From: Gammaproteobacteria bacterium
GTDB lineage: Bacteria > Pseudomonadota > Gammaproteobacteria > Magnimaribacterales > TMED112
Reading direction: 5' to 3'
Length of the DNA stretch: 64,000 nt
Assembly: GCA_038147295.1 (NCBI GenBank)
Contig: JAYQTH010000001.1
Location: 1,010 to 65,009 of the forward strand
Below the pieces are notes generated by a model. The model did no database searches. It saw only the letters and a program-made list of their open reading frames with translations, and was not told where the DNA came from. The position numbers and the translations under genes are program-made. Shown piece after piece: positions 36,779 to 46,417 of this stretch; within the stretch, counting starts at the first letter, position 1, and each line of letters opens with the position of its first letter.

Positions 36779-37550
36779 TTCTGATTTCTCTACTTTACTT
36801 GTTTCTGAAACCAATCATATTCTCAGCATTTCTTTGAACAGACCTGAAAAGAAGAATGCTATCAATGCAGTGATGACCAATGAACTTCTCTACCTTCTAG
36901 ATTATGCCAAACAAAGTAGTTCAATAAGAGTTATTGAACTTAGTGCATGTGGAGATGTATTTTGTGCAGGAGGAGATTTAAGGTCAATGTCTGGTGAAAG
37001 CGAAAGCAATGTCCCAGATATGAAAGGCAGTCTTGCAGATATTGCTATAAAACTTAACGAATTATATAAACCTGTCGTTACAAGAATAGAAGGTAACGTC
37101 TATGCAGGTGCCCTCCTCTTAGTCTGTAATTCGACACATGCTTATGCATTGGATTCGGTAACATTCTGTGCGCCGGAAATAAAACGCGGAATCTGGCCTT
37201 TTATGGTTATGGCTGGTTTATTCAGAGTGGTTTCAAAAAGAGATGGCTTGGATCTAATTATGCGAGGTGAACCTATTGATGCACAGGAGGCAGCACGGAT
37301 AGGTTTAGTAAATGCTGCTTTAAATAGCGTTGCGCTTAAAGAAAAAACAACCAGGGTAATTTCAGATCTAACAAAACTGCCGCCAAAAACAATGACTCGA
37401 GGTTTACAGGCATTTAATCAACAAGAAACTATGAGTTTTTCTGAAGCCATAAAATTTCTTGAGAAAGAAATTCAATATACTCTCACCAGTGATGAGGCTA
37501 AAGAGGGAATTTCAGCATTCCTAGAAAAAAGAGACCCAAACTGGGATTAG
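36765..37550 (+). CDS. Enoyl-CoA hydratase/isomerase
   Basis: LNRPEKKNA, FCAGGDL, PE...G, EGISAFLEKR.P.W. Confidence 0.9.
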   Translation: MQIANSDFSTLLVSETNHILSISLNRPEKKNAINAVMTNELLYLLDYAKQSSSIRVIELSACGDVFCAGGDLRSMSGESESNVPDMKGSLADIAIKLNELYKPVVTRIEGNVYAGALLLVCNSTHAYALDSVTFCAPEIKRGIWPFMVMAGLFRVVSKRDGLDLIMRGEPIDAQEAARIGLVNAALNSVALKEKTTRVISDLTKLPPKTMTRGLQAFNQQETMSFSEAIKFLEKEIQYTLTSDEAKEGISAFLEKRDPNWD

Positions 37551-37662
37551 TGCTTTCAAAGATCTCCATGGCTAGCATTACTGGCTTTAAAGTATGGGGT
37601 ATAATAAATAATTGTTGGGTAGGCCTGAATTACTCAGAGCACAAGCCTTAGAAGGGGGAAAT

Positions 37663-38799
37663 ATGAATTCTAAAATTTGTGAGATCTTAGGCATAGAATT
37701 TCCATTAGTCGCGTTTAGTCACTGCAAAGATGTGGTTGCACAAGTATCTAAAGCAGGTGGCATGGGTGTCCTTGGAGCAGTAGGCATGACGCCTGAAATT
37801 CTTGAGCAAGAATTAAACTGGATTGATGATCACGTCGATGGCAAGCCTTATGGTCTTGATCTATTGGTGCCAAATAAATTTGTTGGTAAAGAAGATAACA
37901 TGGCCCCATCTGAACTTGGTAAGCACATACCTCAAGAGTATAGAGATTTCCGTGCAGATGTTTTAAAAGATCATGATATTGATGGTGAAGACTTAAGACA
38001 ACAAACAGATGACTACTCAAACTGGGGTGAAAACATGCAGGAAAGTGGTGCTACCAAAATGCTGCAGATAGGTTTTGATCATGGTGTCAGGCTGTATGCA
38101 AACGCCTTGGGAGTGCCACCGAAATGGATGCTTGATCTTTGTAAAGAAAACAATGTTCCAGTTGCAGCACTTGTTGGCAAAAAAGAACATGCCATAAGGC
38201 AGGTTGATGCTGGGGTAGATATATTGGTTGTATCTGGCACTGAAGGTGGAGGTCACTGTGGCGATGTCTCAACCATGGTACTGGTCCCAGAAATTGCACG
38301 GGCAATAAAAAATTCTAGAGATGTACCAATCCTTGCAGCTGGCGGCATTTGTACTGGAGAGCAAATGGCTGGCGCTATGGCTATGGGGGCATCAGGGGCT
38401 TGGTGTGCTTCAGTTTTTTTAACTACCTCTGAAGCAGAAACATCAGAAATTGTAAAAGAAAAAATGTTGGCAGCATCATCCAGTCAAACTGTGAGATCTA
38501 GAAGTAGGACTGGAAAACATTCCAGACAGCTACAGTCTAATTGGACCGATGCATGGGAATCTGATAAGGCGCCTGATCCCTTACCAATGCCACTTCAAAC
38601 CATGGTATCTGAACCTGCATTGTCAAGGATTGATAAAGCGGCTGATGTTGGTCACGAAGGAGCAAAGAAACTTGCAACCTATTGGGTCGGACAAGGCATT
38701 GGCCTTGTAGAAGAAAAAATTACTGCAGGGCAGACAGTGCAAAAATTTAAAGAAGAATTTATCGAAGCCTACGAAAGATTGAATAGTTTTATGGAATAA
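37663..38799 (+). CDS. Nitronate monooxygenase/FabK-like flavoprotein (start reassigned to ATG at 37663)
   Basis: VSKAGGMGVLG, GTEGGGH, AAGGI, GGGGA SD. Confidence 0.85.
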   Translation: MNSKICEILGIEFPLVAFSHCKDVVAQVSKAGGMGVLGAVGMTPEILEQELNWIDDHVDGKPYGLDLLVPNKFVGKEDNMAPSELGKHIPQEYRDFRADVLKDHDIDGEDLRQQTDDYSNWGENMQESGATKMLQIGFDHGVRLYANALGVPPKWMLDLCKENNVPVAALVGKKEHAIRQVDAGVDILVVSGTEGGGHCGDVSTMVLVPEIARAIKNSRDVPILAAGGICTGEQMAGAMAMGASGAWCASVFLTTSEAETSEIVKEKMLAASSSQTVRSRSRTGKHSRQLQSNWTDAWESDKAPDPLPMPLQTMVSEPALSRIDKAADVGHEGAKKLATYWVGQGIGLVEEKITAGQTVQKFKEEFIEAYERLNSFME

Positions 38800-40065
38800 A
38801 TGTTTAATTTACGTAATACAAGTTTTTTACTATTTGTGACAATTTTAAATGTCATTAATTTTGTTGATAGGCAATTTATAGCCAGCTTTGCCAATTTTAT
38901 TATTCCTGACCTTCAGCTAACAAACACAGAATTTGGATTGTTGACTGGTGTAATTTTTATCTTCTTTTATGTGGTTTCTGGCTTGTTTGTAGGGACTCTT
39001 GCCGATCGCTACAACAGAACAAAAATTATAGGCGTAGGTGTGATAGTCTGGAGCTTTTTTACAGCAATTTCAGGTCTGGCAAAGAATTTTATTACCCTTG
39101 CAATACCCAGACTTTTTATTGGAATTGGGGAATCCGCAATGACACCAACAACCATGTCCATACTTGCCGATAGATATGAAATTAAAAAACTAGGTTTTGC
39201 TGCAGGTTTTTACTATATGGGTGTACCCCTTGGTGTTGGGGTTAGTCTTATCATAGCTGGTTATCTAGGCCCCGTTATAGGTTGGCGAGGTTGTTTTTAT
39301 CTAATTGGTTCTATTGGTATGGTATTAGGGTTATTGATGCTCTTTGTCAAAGATTCTCCACGCAAAAATATTACTCCAACTACAAAACAAAAATCTTTTA
39401 ATGAAATAATTTCACTTTTATTTAAAGCCTTAACAAGATCTAAATCTTTGATATTAACAATAGCTGCAGGCACTATTTACCATCTGAATTTAGGTGCTTC
39501 TGTTTTTGACCAAGTGTGGGCAATTCAGGATAAAGGTTTAGATAGAGCTGCCTTTGCTCAGGCATCCGGTTGGATCTTCACAATTTTTGGGATTTTAGGT
39601 AGTGTGTTTGGTGGGACATTTAGTGACTGGGCTTTAAAAAAATACAACTTACCAAGAACTTGGTTTTTGCTAATACTTACCCTGCTATCAATGCCATTTG
39701 CCTTTACTAGATATCTCGATCCAGATGGATCTTTATTTTGGGTTGGGATTTGCGTTGCAGCTTTTGGGTTAGGTTGTTTTTATGGCCCAGTGTTTGCTGT
39801 CATTCAAGAATTAGTGCCTCCATCAATAAGAGGAACAATTGTTGGTTTCAATTTAGTGTGTCTAAACCTTATTGGTTTTGTTCCTGGTAGCATTATTGCA
39901 GGGGTTGTCCTTGATAATATGCTCGCTTCAGGAGTGGAGATGCCCTATACCAATACTCTAGTAGCATTCAGTGTAATGTTTCTAATTTTAGGACCGATTC
40001 TCTATTATTTCGCTGGAAAATATTATCAAGCAGACAAATCAGCTCTAGAAAAGGAATTTGGATAA
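38800..40065 (+). CDS. MFS transporter (Spinster-like)
   Basis: NFVDRQ, GTLADRYNR motif A, RLFIGIGES; about 12 TM. Confidence 0.88.
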   Translation: MFNLRNTSFLLFVTILNVINFVDRQFIASFANFIIPDLQLTNTEFGLLTGVIFIFFYVVSGLFVGTLADRYNRTKIIGVGVIVWSFFTAISGLAKNFITLAIPRLFIGIGESAMTPTTMSILADRYEIKKLGFAAGFYYMGVPLGVGVSLIIAGYLGPVIGWRGCFYLIGSIGMVLGLLMLFVKDSPRKNITPTTKQKSFNEIISLLFKALTRSKSLILTIAAGTIYHLNLGASVFDQVWAIQDKGLDRAAFAQASGWIFTIFGILGSVFGGTFSDWALKKYNLPRTWFLLILTLLSMPFAFTRYLDPDGSLFWVGICVAAFGLGCFYGPVFAVIQELVPPSIRGTIVGFNLVCLNLIGFVPGSIIAGVVLDNMLASGVEMPYTNTLVAFSVMFLILGPILYYFAGKYYQADKSALEKEFG

Positions 40066-41028
40066 CTATTCTGTTGATCCATTGATTGTATGTCTTTTAA
40101 AAAAAGACCATATCTCTTCAGACGCAATAATATCGTAATTGGTGTTTGCAGTATTATAGGGATTGCCTGGCCAAGTATGTCCTGCTCCAGTAAAGGTGTA
40201 CAGTCGAACTTCTGATCCCTCATCACAGCCATCCCATCCGACTTGTAAAGGGATGCTATTGTCCCATTGAACTGAATCAAAATAATCAACAATGTACTGT
40301 GCTGTACAGTTATTTTGCTCCACCCAAAAATCTACGACTTTATCAATAGGCTCCATAAGGTTGGGGATGCCAACTAATGGTACAACTGTATCCTCAAGGC
40401 CATGCATTTGAATGATTGGGATTGGGCGGCTTGGAGTGCATTCATCATAAGTTTCCGGGGTCATGCTACCAGTCACTGATGCAATTGCTGCAATCCTGTT
40501 GCTTAAATTGCATGCTAGGTGGTAACTCATAAAGCCTCCGTTTGACATGCCAGTGGAATAAATTCTCTGCATATCTAAGTTGTATAAAGTAGAAATAATA
40601 TTAATTAAGTAATTGCTGAATGAGACATCATCAACATCACAGGGTCGAGTAAAGCCTTCAACACAAAACATCGATGAGCCAGTCAATGGATGAGGTGTGC
40701 CTTGTGGATGCAAGACTAAGAAACCTTCATCGTTTGCAACCTCAATAATGTTGCTGTAATACATCTGCTCTTCAGCATTACTGCCATAACCATGAAAATT
40801 AAAAACCATTGGTGTAGCAGCATTCCTGTCATAGGATTCTGGAACGTGAAGAATAAAATTTCTTAATAGCCCCTCATGAAATATTGTTCTCTCTAATGTC
40901 CCAATCTCATGAGGATCAATATCAACTACCTTAGGTTGGCTTGGGGTAATATTTGCTTCTTCTTCGCTGCTGCCAGAACCACAGCTAAAAAGAATAAAAA
41001 TAATTAAAATTTGAGCAATTAACTTCAT
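40066..41028 (-). CDS. PHB-depolymerase/LpqC-family esterase lipoprotein
   Basis: LFSC lipobox, FHGYG, GMSNGG nucleophile elbow, HG..D.VVP, GHTWPG. Confidence 0.85.
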   Translation of the reverse strand: MKLIAQILIIFILFSCGSGSSEEEANITPSQPKVVDIDPHEIGTLERTIFHEGLLRNFILHVPESYDRNAATPMVFNFHGYGSNAEEQMYYSNIIEVANDEGFLVLHPQGTPHPLTGSSMFCVEGFTRPCDVDDVSFSNYLINIISTLYNLDMQRIYSTGMSNGGFMSYHLACNLSNRIAAIASVTGSMTPETYDECTPSRPIPIIQMHGLEDTVVPLVGIPNLMEPIDKVVDFWVEQNNCTAQYIVDYFDSVQWDNSIPLQVGWDGCDEGSEVRLYTFTGAGHTWPGNPYNTANTNYDIIASEEIWSFFKRHTINGSTE

Positions 41029-41609
41029 TGGTGTTTGCCAATATCCCAGTCTGTTAAGTATTTTTCTGCTGAACTTTGAGCATCAGGTTCTAAGCTTGTC
41101 CCCATGGTATCGTTCCACCTATTTAAAAAACCAAATAAAGAAATAACACTCATAATTTCGACAATTTCTTCTTCAGACCAAAGCCTTTTTAATTCTTTCT
41201 CCATTTGCGGCGTAACTTTTTGCGGAACTTTGCTTGCTGCTTCGGTAAAAGCCAAGGCAATTTTTTCTTTTTCACTAAAACAATCGTGATTCATGTAATC
41301 CCAAACATTGTTTAGTCGATCTTGGGTTGAACCATACCTATCAGCTGCACGGATGGTATGGGCTTGGCAATAACGACATCCTGTTGTATTGCTTGAAACA
41401 AAAGCAATTAACCTTTTAAATTCTGATGTCAGACTTCCTTCATTTTTCATGACAGCTTTATTTAAATTAACAAAAGCTTCCGCTAAGCCAGGCTTAATTT
41501 GCATGGTTAAAACTGAATTAGGGCAAAAACCTAAGGTTTCGTTAAAGAATTTAACCAATTTTCTTACTTCTTTGGATTCAATATTTTTTTGTGGTTCAAC
41601 AAGAGGCAT
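41025..41609 (-). CDS. AhpD/carboxymuconolactone decarboxylase-family protein (start reassigned to ATG at 41609)
   Basis: GFCPNS, CRYCQAH, FGFLNRWND. Confidence 0.88.
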   Translation of the reverse strand: MPLVEPQKNIESKEVRKLVKFFNETLGFCPNSVLTMQIKPGLAEAFVNLNKAVMKNEGSLTSEFKRLIAFVSSNTTGCRYCQAHTIRAADRYGSTQDRLNNVWDYMNHDCFSEKEKIALAFTEAASKVPQKVTPQMEKELKRLWSEEEIVEIMSVISLFGFLNRWNDTMGTSLEPDAQSSAEKYLTDWDIGKHQ

Positions 41610-41627
41610 TAAAAGATTATATAACAA

Positions 41628-41704
41628 TGGTAGACCCGATTGGACTTGAACCAACGACCTCTGCCATGTCAAGACAGCGCTCTAACCAGCTGAGCTACGG
41701 GTCT
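41628..41704 (-). tRNA. tRNA-Val(GAC)
   Basis: AGACCCGTAGCTCAGCTGGTTAGAGCGCTGTCTTGACATGGCAGAGGTCGTTGGTTCAAGTCCAATCGGGTCTACCA; anticodon GAC. Confidence 0.96.
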
Positions 41705-41737
41705 AGGATTTGTTAATTTAACTTAATATCAGCTATT

Positions 41738-42619
41738 TTAAAACTTTAATTTAAGGTCTTTGTCCCATATGCCCCAAAAAGCACCGACATCACCCTCATC
41801 GCCAACTTTCCAAGGTTCATCAAAGCTAGAGAAGTAGAACATATCTATGTCATCTTCCATCGACCAGAGCTGAGCAGCAATGAAGTATCTAAGGTAGTTT
41901 TCATATGAAGGTTGAGCTGCTTCTAGCGCACTGCCCTCACTTGGCCATCCTGTTTCAGTAATGATTACTGGCTTTCCCTTACCAGCACGCACTGCTTGCT
42001 GGTACATTTCTTTCATGTACAGAAGTGAGTACTCAGCTTGGCAGCCTTCCCAGAATGGATAGCAATTGGCAAGAATGACATCGCAAGCATCTGAGAGTCT
42101 TGGTCTGTTGGTAAATTCATAATAAGCATCCACATAACCAACAGGAACATCAATCTCTGACTTTGCTCGTTCAATGTACTCAATCAACTGATCTTCGTTT
42201 AACTCTTTTCTATAGAGTGCTTCATTCCCAACTGCAGCGATATCAATAACGCCTTCGTTGCATAGCTCAATTAGCTTATTTAATTCAGTTTCATTTTTTT
42301 CAAGATCGTCACTTAGCCAAGCACCAACAAGAGTTTTAAAACCAGCTTTTTTTGCAATGGCTGGTATCAGCTCATTATCTTCTGTACATGAGAAGGACCT
42401 GCACCACTTAAAATAGGGTTTTAAAAAATTTACCTTGTATTCAATATCCTTAGGATCAAGAGCATCTCCTGGTTTTTGGTTTTCGTCATATGGGCTAAAA
42501 CATATGCCATGCAAAGATCCATTTAGCAGTTTATTGGCTAACTGCTTGAGCTCATCGAGGCTTAAGCTATTTAGGTCTGCGCCTGCTAGAGACAGGAATT
42601 TATCTTTTCGAAAACTCAT
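41738..42619 (-). CDS. GH17 beta-1,3-glucanase/transglucosylase, no signal peptide
   Basis: CFSPY, AVGNE (acid/base), YPFWEG, ITETGWPS (nucleophile), FDEPWK. Confidence 0.88.
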   Translation of the reverse strand: MSFRKDKFLSLAGADLNSLSLDELKQLANKLLNGSLHGICFSPYDENQKPGDALDPKDIEYKVNFLKPYFKWCRSFSCTEDNELIPAIAKKAGFKTLVGAWLSDDLEKNETELNKLIELCNEGVIDIAAVGNEALYRKELNEDQLIEYIERAKSEIDVPVGYVDAYYEFTNRPRLSDACDVILANCYPFWEGCQAEYSLLYMKEMYQQAVRAGKGKPVIITETGWPSEGSALEAAQPSYENYLRYFIAAQLWSMEDDIDMFYFSSFDEPWKVGDEGDVGAFWGIWDKDLKLKF

Positions 42620-44025
42620 CTATTGTTGGTTTTAAGAAGAGCTCTAATTCTGTTGGCTTCTTCTTCATCGATTTCGTAATCCCTCATAACATATATTGCC
42701 AGTAAAGTGCCTGTGATTGGAATGAGAGTATAGGCAATACGTAGGCCATTAACTGCTTCATCGGTTTGCACGCCAGCATCTGGATTGAAGCCGACGAATG
42801 ACATAATTAACCCAGTGAATAATCCAGCAATAGCTGTGCCAAATTTGACCATCCACCAATAGACAGCACCAAATATTCCTTCTTTGCGTGGCAAACCATT
42901 GCGGTGCTCTTCATAATCACATACATCAGCTGTCATACTCATCATGACAGTGAATAAGCTGCCGATGCCAAAAGAGAAAAATGGTAGAGCATATAGAAAT
43001 AAATAAGGCTTACCAGGAATAAAAAGAAACCAAAAAAGAATATAACCCACTACTGATATCGATTGTGAGATTAAAAAGGCATTCTTTTTCCCTACTACTT
43101 CTGACATTCTTGTCACAATAGGAATTACTACAAAGGTAGTAACCAATGCTCCCACACTTCCATGCAGTGTTGGCCAAAATCCAGCTGCACCAGCATCACC
43201 ATTAAACAGATACCAAACAATAATAAAAAATGAAAAAGCAGCAATGGTTTGAAAGGTATTAAATATCAAAAAGGTAGCGATGCACAGCTTCCTAAATGGT
43301 TTATTCTGATATGCTGCCACAAAGCTAGTGATTATATTATTGGCCGCTTTACCTAAATTTTTACTGTTGATTGGTTGCAAATTCTCATCGTTTTCTGTTG
43401 ACTCAGTTTTGACTAATAGTGCGGGAATAATTGCTATCACAGTACAAACAATAGCAACATAAACCGAAAGTTCTCTAGTTGCAGATTCAGCAGATTCAAA
43501 TAATACAGGATCATAAATGATGACCCAAAACCAAGGAGCAATGACCCACGCCCACTGCCCACAAAACTGAGCAATTGCCATCAATCGTGTACGTTCATGA
43601 AAATCAAAACTCATTTCATAGCCCATTGCTACATAGGGAATACTAAAAATGGTTAATCCCAAATAAAAAACCAACGATAAACTTAAGAAATACCAAAAGT
43701 TATAAGTGATACCATTTGATTCATAGAGCTGCCACATAAATGAAAACGAAATCCCCATGATTAATGCGCCCAATAAGATATATTGGCGCCTTTTACCCCA
43801 CTTTGATTTGGTATTATCTGAAATAAAACCCATTAAAGGATCTGTAATGGCGTCAAAAAGTCTAGGTATAAAAAATATAATGCCCCAGTAAATTGGATCA
43901 AACCCTAAGTCTTGCACTAGGACCACCATAAATATCCCTAGCGTTGCAGGAAACATTTGATTGGCAAATTGACCAATACCAAAAGCAATTTTCTGGCTTA
44001 ATGGGATATAGTTTTCGTTATTCAT
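42616..44025 (-). CDS. Glycoside-pentoside-hexuronide (MelB-like) MFS sugar transporter
   Basis: DAITDPLMG.ISD....WG.RR.Y, PY.AMG.E, ADVCDY....G..KEG.F. Confidence 0.9.
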   Translation of the reverse strand: MNNENYIPLSQKIAFGIGQFANQMFPATLGIFMVVLVQDLGFDPIYWGIIFFIPRLFDAITDPLMGFISDNTKSKWGKRRQYILLGALIMGISFSFMWQLYESNGITYNFWYFLSLSLVFYLGLTIFSIPYVAMGYEMSFDFHERTRLMAIAQFCGQWAWVIAPWFWVIIYDPVLFESAESATRELSVYVAIVCTVIAIIPALLVKTESTENDENLQPINSKNLGKAANNIITSFVAAYQNKPFRKLCIATFLIFNTFQTIAAFSFFIIVWYLFNGDAGAAGFWPTLHGSVGALVTTFVVIPIVTRMSEVVGKKNAFLISQSISVVGYILFWFLFIPGKPYLFLYALPFFSFGIGSLFTVMMSMTADVCDYEEHRNGLPRKEGIFGAVYWWMVKFGTAIAGLFTGLIMSFVGFNPDAGVQTDEAVNGLRIAYTLIPITGTLLAIYVMRDYEIDEEEANRIRALLKTNNR

Positions 44026-44079
44026 TGATAAGGTTGGAAATTATATTGCGAATTGAACATTTATCAAAGAGAGTTAACT

Positions 44080-45231
44080 TCATGATGGGGGATGGTAAAC
44101 GTCTTGAGTTAAATTAACCATATTGCCCTCATAAGTTTTTCTTATCTTATTGCCATTACGTGATAGACCTTTAAATAAACCAGCATCAACGTAATCCCAC
44201 ATTATATATTTGGCTTTTCCATCAACAGTAAATAACCCGAAATGGTTTTCAGAACCGAGAGGATTGGAAAAATCCTTCCATGGTTCATCAAATGCAGAAA
44301 AATAAAAGCACTTCACCCCTATTTCGTCGCATCTCTCTTTCATATATTTATAGTAAAGTGCCTGCTTATATTCATCTGCTGCTCTAGTGCCATCAGCACC
44401 ATACTGATCTGTAGAAACACTAGCCCAACCTGTTTCACCTATATGAATGTCTTTGTTGATACCAATGCTGCTTAAATAATTTTTTACCAGCATGAATTGT
44501 TGAATAGAATAATCTGCTGATCTTCTCATGGCAGATTTTATTAGATCATCCTTATCTCTAAAGCTGGAGGATTTTGTGACCCAGAATTGAGGATTGTAAA
44601 ACGTATCGTGAAATGGATAAGTATGCATAGAGACGTAATCAACTTTCTTTGCCAGCTCTTCTAATGTTTTGCTTCTATATTCAGAACCGCCACCCCAAGA
44701 GGCAAAATTATCTGAACTTGTAATCCATACATTGGGATTTAGCTTTTCAGATCTTTTTAAATCTTGTAGGTAGTCTACCCATTTTAAAATCACATCATGC
44801 CCGACGTAGTAGGTTTCAGCCCATTTAATAGTAGCTTCATTCCCAACTGAAATTACCTTAACAATTTCAGGATATTTATTAGCAAGCCTTACGGCTTCAT
44901 CAATTTCTTTAGCATTGCTTTCTAAATCTTCAGCATCATGGTTTGGGTTATCAGTCCATGCTTGATCGCAATCTATCCATGCTCCCAACATGACATACAT
45001 CTCAAACATTGGATCATCACACTTAAGCTCATCGATGGCCCTAAGAAGATTCTTGGCTTCAGCGTAGTGAACGTTATAGGTTCTAAGAATCTTATAGCCA
45101 ATAGAACTTAATATTCTAAGATCTTCTTTAATTTCATCTATTGACGGTTGAATCTCTCTAGAATTATGTCGATAACCTCCATATGAAATAGCCAAATAAT
45201 TTTTGTTATTAAGTATTTCCCCCACTTTCAT
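44080..45231 (-). CDS. Second GH17 beta-1,3-glucanase
   Basis: AISYGGYR, SVGNEA, MHTYPFH, HIGETGW, FSAFDEPWK, SENHFG. Confidence 0.88.
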   Translation of the reverse strand: MKVGEILNNKNYLAISYGGYRHNSREIQPSIDEIKEDLRILSSIGYKILRTYNVHYAEAKNLLRAIDELKCDDPMFEMYVMLGAWIDCDQAWTDNPNHDAEDLESNAKEIDEAVRLANKYPEIVKVISVGNEATIKWAETYYVGHDVILKWVDYLQDLKRSEKLNPNVWITSSDNFASWGGGSEYRSKTLEELAKKVDYVSMHTYPFHDTFYNPQFWVTKSSSFRDKDDLIKSAMRRSADYSIQQFMLVKNYLSSIGINKDIHIGETGWASVSTDQYGADGTRAADEYKQALYYKYMKERCDEIGVKCFYFSAFDEPWKDFSNPLGSENHFGLFTVDGKAKYIMWDYVDAGLFKGLSRNGNKIRKTYEGNMVNLTQDVYHPPS

Positions 45232-45236
45232 AAATA

Positions 45237-46244
45237 CTAATTCTCAGAATAAATTTTCTTAACTACCTCATAGGTTAATTTTTTATTGCGATCAATATCA
45301 ACAACGCCCCAGTATTCCTCATTAGCAGAACCGTCGTAGGGAACGCCACCACTATTTGGAGCTGCTCCACCTTTGTCTTGTTGATCTGGATTGCCTGCCT
45401 TCCACCATCCATCGGTAAACTGAAACAACATGACTCCGGCATTGTGTTTTTGATTCTTAAAAATCTCTTCAAGTATGTTTTCATTGGCGTCTGCTTGAGC
45501 TTCTTGGCTTTCGCCTCTGGAATATCCAAGCTGTGAGGTAGTCATATAGCTATCTCCTCCTGCTTCAGAATAATACATTGGCTTATTAACTTCTTTGAGC
45601 CGCCATTCACGTAAAATCGATGCTGGTTTATCCCATCTGTAAACGTTCATGCCCCACATATCAATATTTTTTCCATACGCTAGTACATCATTTTGTGGCA
45701 ACTCGCCATGAGCGGTTGAAACAGGTCGTGACTCATCAACTATTTGGATAATTCCAGCAGCAATATCAAGGGTCTTGTACCAAATATTTATATCCCCACC
45801 AAACCATTCTGGATGATAGTTGTACTCATTGCCAAGCTCCCAAATCAGGATTGCATTGTGCTCTTTATACTTCTGTATGTATTCAACAAAGCCACCGGAA
45901 ACAATATCAAATGAATCTTGATTGTTGTAACCAAAGCTTGTAATGACCTTAATGCCGGCTGCATCGATCTTATCTAAAACCTCCAAGCTATCTATTGGCT
46001 CATAGACTCTAATAGTGTTTATACCTAAGTCGACCATAAGCTCTAAGTCTTCGTCTATGTTTTCAAAACTTCTTTGAGTCTCGCCTTTAGGTACTGGGTG
46101 ATAACAAATACCCTTCATAAAGAACATCTCATTATTGACATAAATATGGTTTCCCTTAATGGATATCGTATCTCTTGCAATTAAATTATTGGATAGAGTC
46201 AGAAGTAGAATTAAAAGAAAGTTTGGAATATTTCTAATTATCAC
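45237..46244 (-). CDS. Exported clan GH-A TIM-barrel glycoside hydrolase (GH2-TIM/GH158-like)
   Basis: Signal peptide, KGICYHP, GINTIRVY, WELGNE, YSEAG, F.DGWWK, NEEYWG. Confidence 0.75.
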   Translation of the reverse strand: MIIRNIPNFLLILLLTLSNNLIARDTISIKGNHIYVNNEMFFMKGICYHPVPKGETQRSFENIDEDLELMVDLGINTIRVYEPIDSLEVLDKIDAAGIKVITSFGYNNQDSFDIVSGGFVEYIQKYKEHNAILIWELGNEYNYHPEWFGGDINIWYKTLDIAAGIIQIVDESRPVSTAHGELPQNDVLAYGKNIDMWGMNVYRWDKPASILREWRLKEVNKPMYYSEAGGDSYMTTSQLGYSRGESQEAQADANENILEEIFKNQKHNAGVMLFQFTDGWWKAGNPDQQDKGGAAPNSGGVPYDGSANEEYWGVVDIDRNKKLTYEVVKKIYSEN

Positions 46245-46417
46245 AATAAGAATTTAAACGATATCAGCATAATCATCTATATAAAATTCAAATTTGAATA
46301 GTAATATTTTTCTTGTGAGCAATTGGGGGATTTTGCAAAGATTTTGAGATTAATAAAAACTATGCATAATTAATCTTTTACTCAAGACGAGATTAATTTC
46401 AAAATTAGAAAAATTAA

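Noticed and set aside
41610-41672. N-terminal extension of the AhpD ORF
   Set aside because: Overlaps tRNA-Val(GAC); ATG 41609 follows a TATAAT box
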